Below, one piece after another: positions 62,875 to 64,000 of a stretch of 64,000 nucleotides of DNA. Position 1 is the stretch's first letter. Each line of letters starts with the position of its first letter. Made by a program: the position numbers and the translations under genes. The notes beneath the pieces were generated by a model. That model did no database searches. It had not been told where the DNA came from and saw nothing but the letters and a program-made list of their open reading frames with translations. Source of the stretch: an uncultured Trueperaceae bacterium (GTDB lineage Bacteria > Deinococcota > Deinococci > Deinococcales > Trueperaceae); assembly GCA_963799485.1 (NCBI GenBank), contig CAWCXJ010000004.1, forward strand, positions 1-64,000. Direction: 5' to 3'.

Positions 62875-62925
62875 CACTAGCGGTATCATCGGCTGGAACT
62901 GTTTCACAGATGATACCTTTGATAT

Positions 62926-63001
<76 letters not shown>

Positions 63002-63092
63002 GAAGTTTAGGCTACCGTGAATCGGCTCCGCCGACTCACGGCAAGTAGTGAAAACTGCTGCTTATACTTTCTTGGATACCAGGCTCGGTTAG

Positions 63093-63167
<75 letters not shown>

Positions 63168-63271
63168 ACGTCGAGCAAGCTCAAAGTGTGACCAGACCCG
63201 CAGCTGTCGGGCTGGTTGATTTCGACTGTTGCATATTCAGTATATGCCTCAGACTGAAGAGAGGAAAAAGT

Positions 63272-64000
63272 ATGGCAAAAGCGACTTTTACGAGAACGAA
63301 ACCGCACGTCAATATCGGCACGGTAGGGCACGTCGACCACGGCAAGACGACGTTAACGGCAGCGATTACGTTTACGGCAGCAGCAGCCGACCCTACGATT
63401 GAGACCTTGAGCTACGACATGATCGACAAAGCGCCGGAAGAGAAAGCGCGCGGGATCACCATCAACACCTCGCACGTCGAATACCAGACGGCGGCGCGGC
63501 ACTATAGCCACGTCGACTGCCCCGGACACGCCGACTACGTGAAGAACATGATTACCGGCGCGGCGCAGATGGACGGTGCGATCCTGGTGGTCTCGGCTGC
63601 CGACGGCCCGATGCCGCAAACCAGAGAACATATCCTCTTAGCCCGTCAGGTGGGTGTGCCGTACATCGTCGTGTTCATGAATAAAACCGACATGGTCGAC
63701 GACGAAGAGCTCTTGGAACTCGTCGAGATGGAAGTCCGGGAACTGTTGTCCTCCTACGAGTTTCCCGGCGACGATATTCCTGTCATCAAGGGCTCGGCCT
63801 TAAAAGCCTTGGACGCCCTGACCGCCAACCCCAATACCCAACGCGGTGAAAACGAATGGGTCGATCATATCTGGGAACTCCTGGACGCGGTCGACTCGTA
63901 CATCCCCACCCCCGAACGCGACATCGACCGTCCTTTCTTGATGCCGGTCGAAGACGTCTTTACCATTACCGGACGCGGCACCGTGGCGACGGGCCGGGTC
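63272..64000 (+). CDS. tuf: Elongation factor Tu (partial, runs off window)
   Basis: [42 protein letters not shown]. Confidence 0.99.
   Translation, partial: MAKATFTRTKPHVNIGTVGHVDHGKTTLTAAITFTAAAADPTIETLSYDMIDKAPEEKARGITINTSHVEYQTAARHYSHVDCPGHADYVKNMITGAAQMDGAILVVSAADGPMPQTREHILLARQVGVPYIVVFMNKTDMVDDEELLELVEMEVRELLSSYEFPGDDIPVIKGSALKALDALTANPNTQRGENEWVDHIWELLDAVDSYIPTPERDIDRPFLMPVEDVFTITGRGTVATGRV

Overview
A GC-rich core-genome segment of a Deinococcota bacterium, most likely Trueperaceae-like. This is inferred from the 16S-less 23S-5S-tRNA-Gly operon, DdrH-like and Rad52/DdrA-like genes, a non-canonical PolX, many leaderless genes and the Thr-Tyr-Gly-Thr-tuf locus. Left to right it holds: a decayed chemosensory remnant, a truncated TA pair, a haem cluster (hemA-C-D-B, a two-component system, hemE-GNAT-hemF, hemH), hisA-mutM, ppk1, the rRNA operon, an inositol ABC/dehydrogenase operon, a DesK/DesR-type ABC+TCS module, a decayed IS630, modA, an argG-GNAT-vapBC-argH-argA operon, a second OmpR-type TCS, dcd, polX, four tRNAs and the start of tuf. 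Main observations: (1) an unannotated Arg-rich 12-aa leader with a full attenuator architecture ahead of argG; (2) an animal/fission-yeast-type ferrochelatase with all four [2Fe-2S] cysteines; (3) a strand-symmetric heptamer CCGTAAA at about 1 per 1.1 kb, plus abundant CTCGAG; (4) mutM apparently starting at ATC; (5) passenger genes embedded in housekeeping operons. Single-base frameshifts in hemC and modA may be assembly errors. All calls are by eye and no database searches were run.
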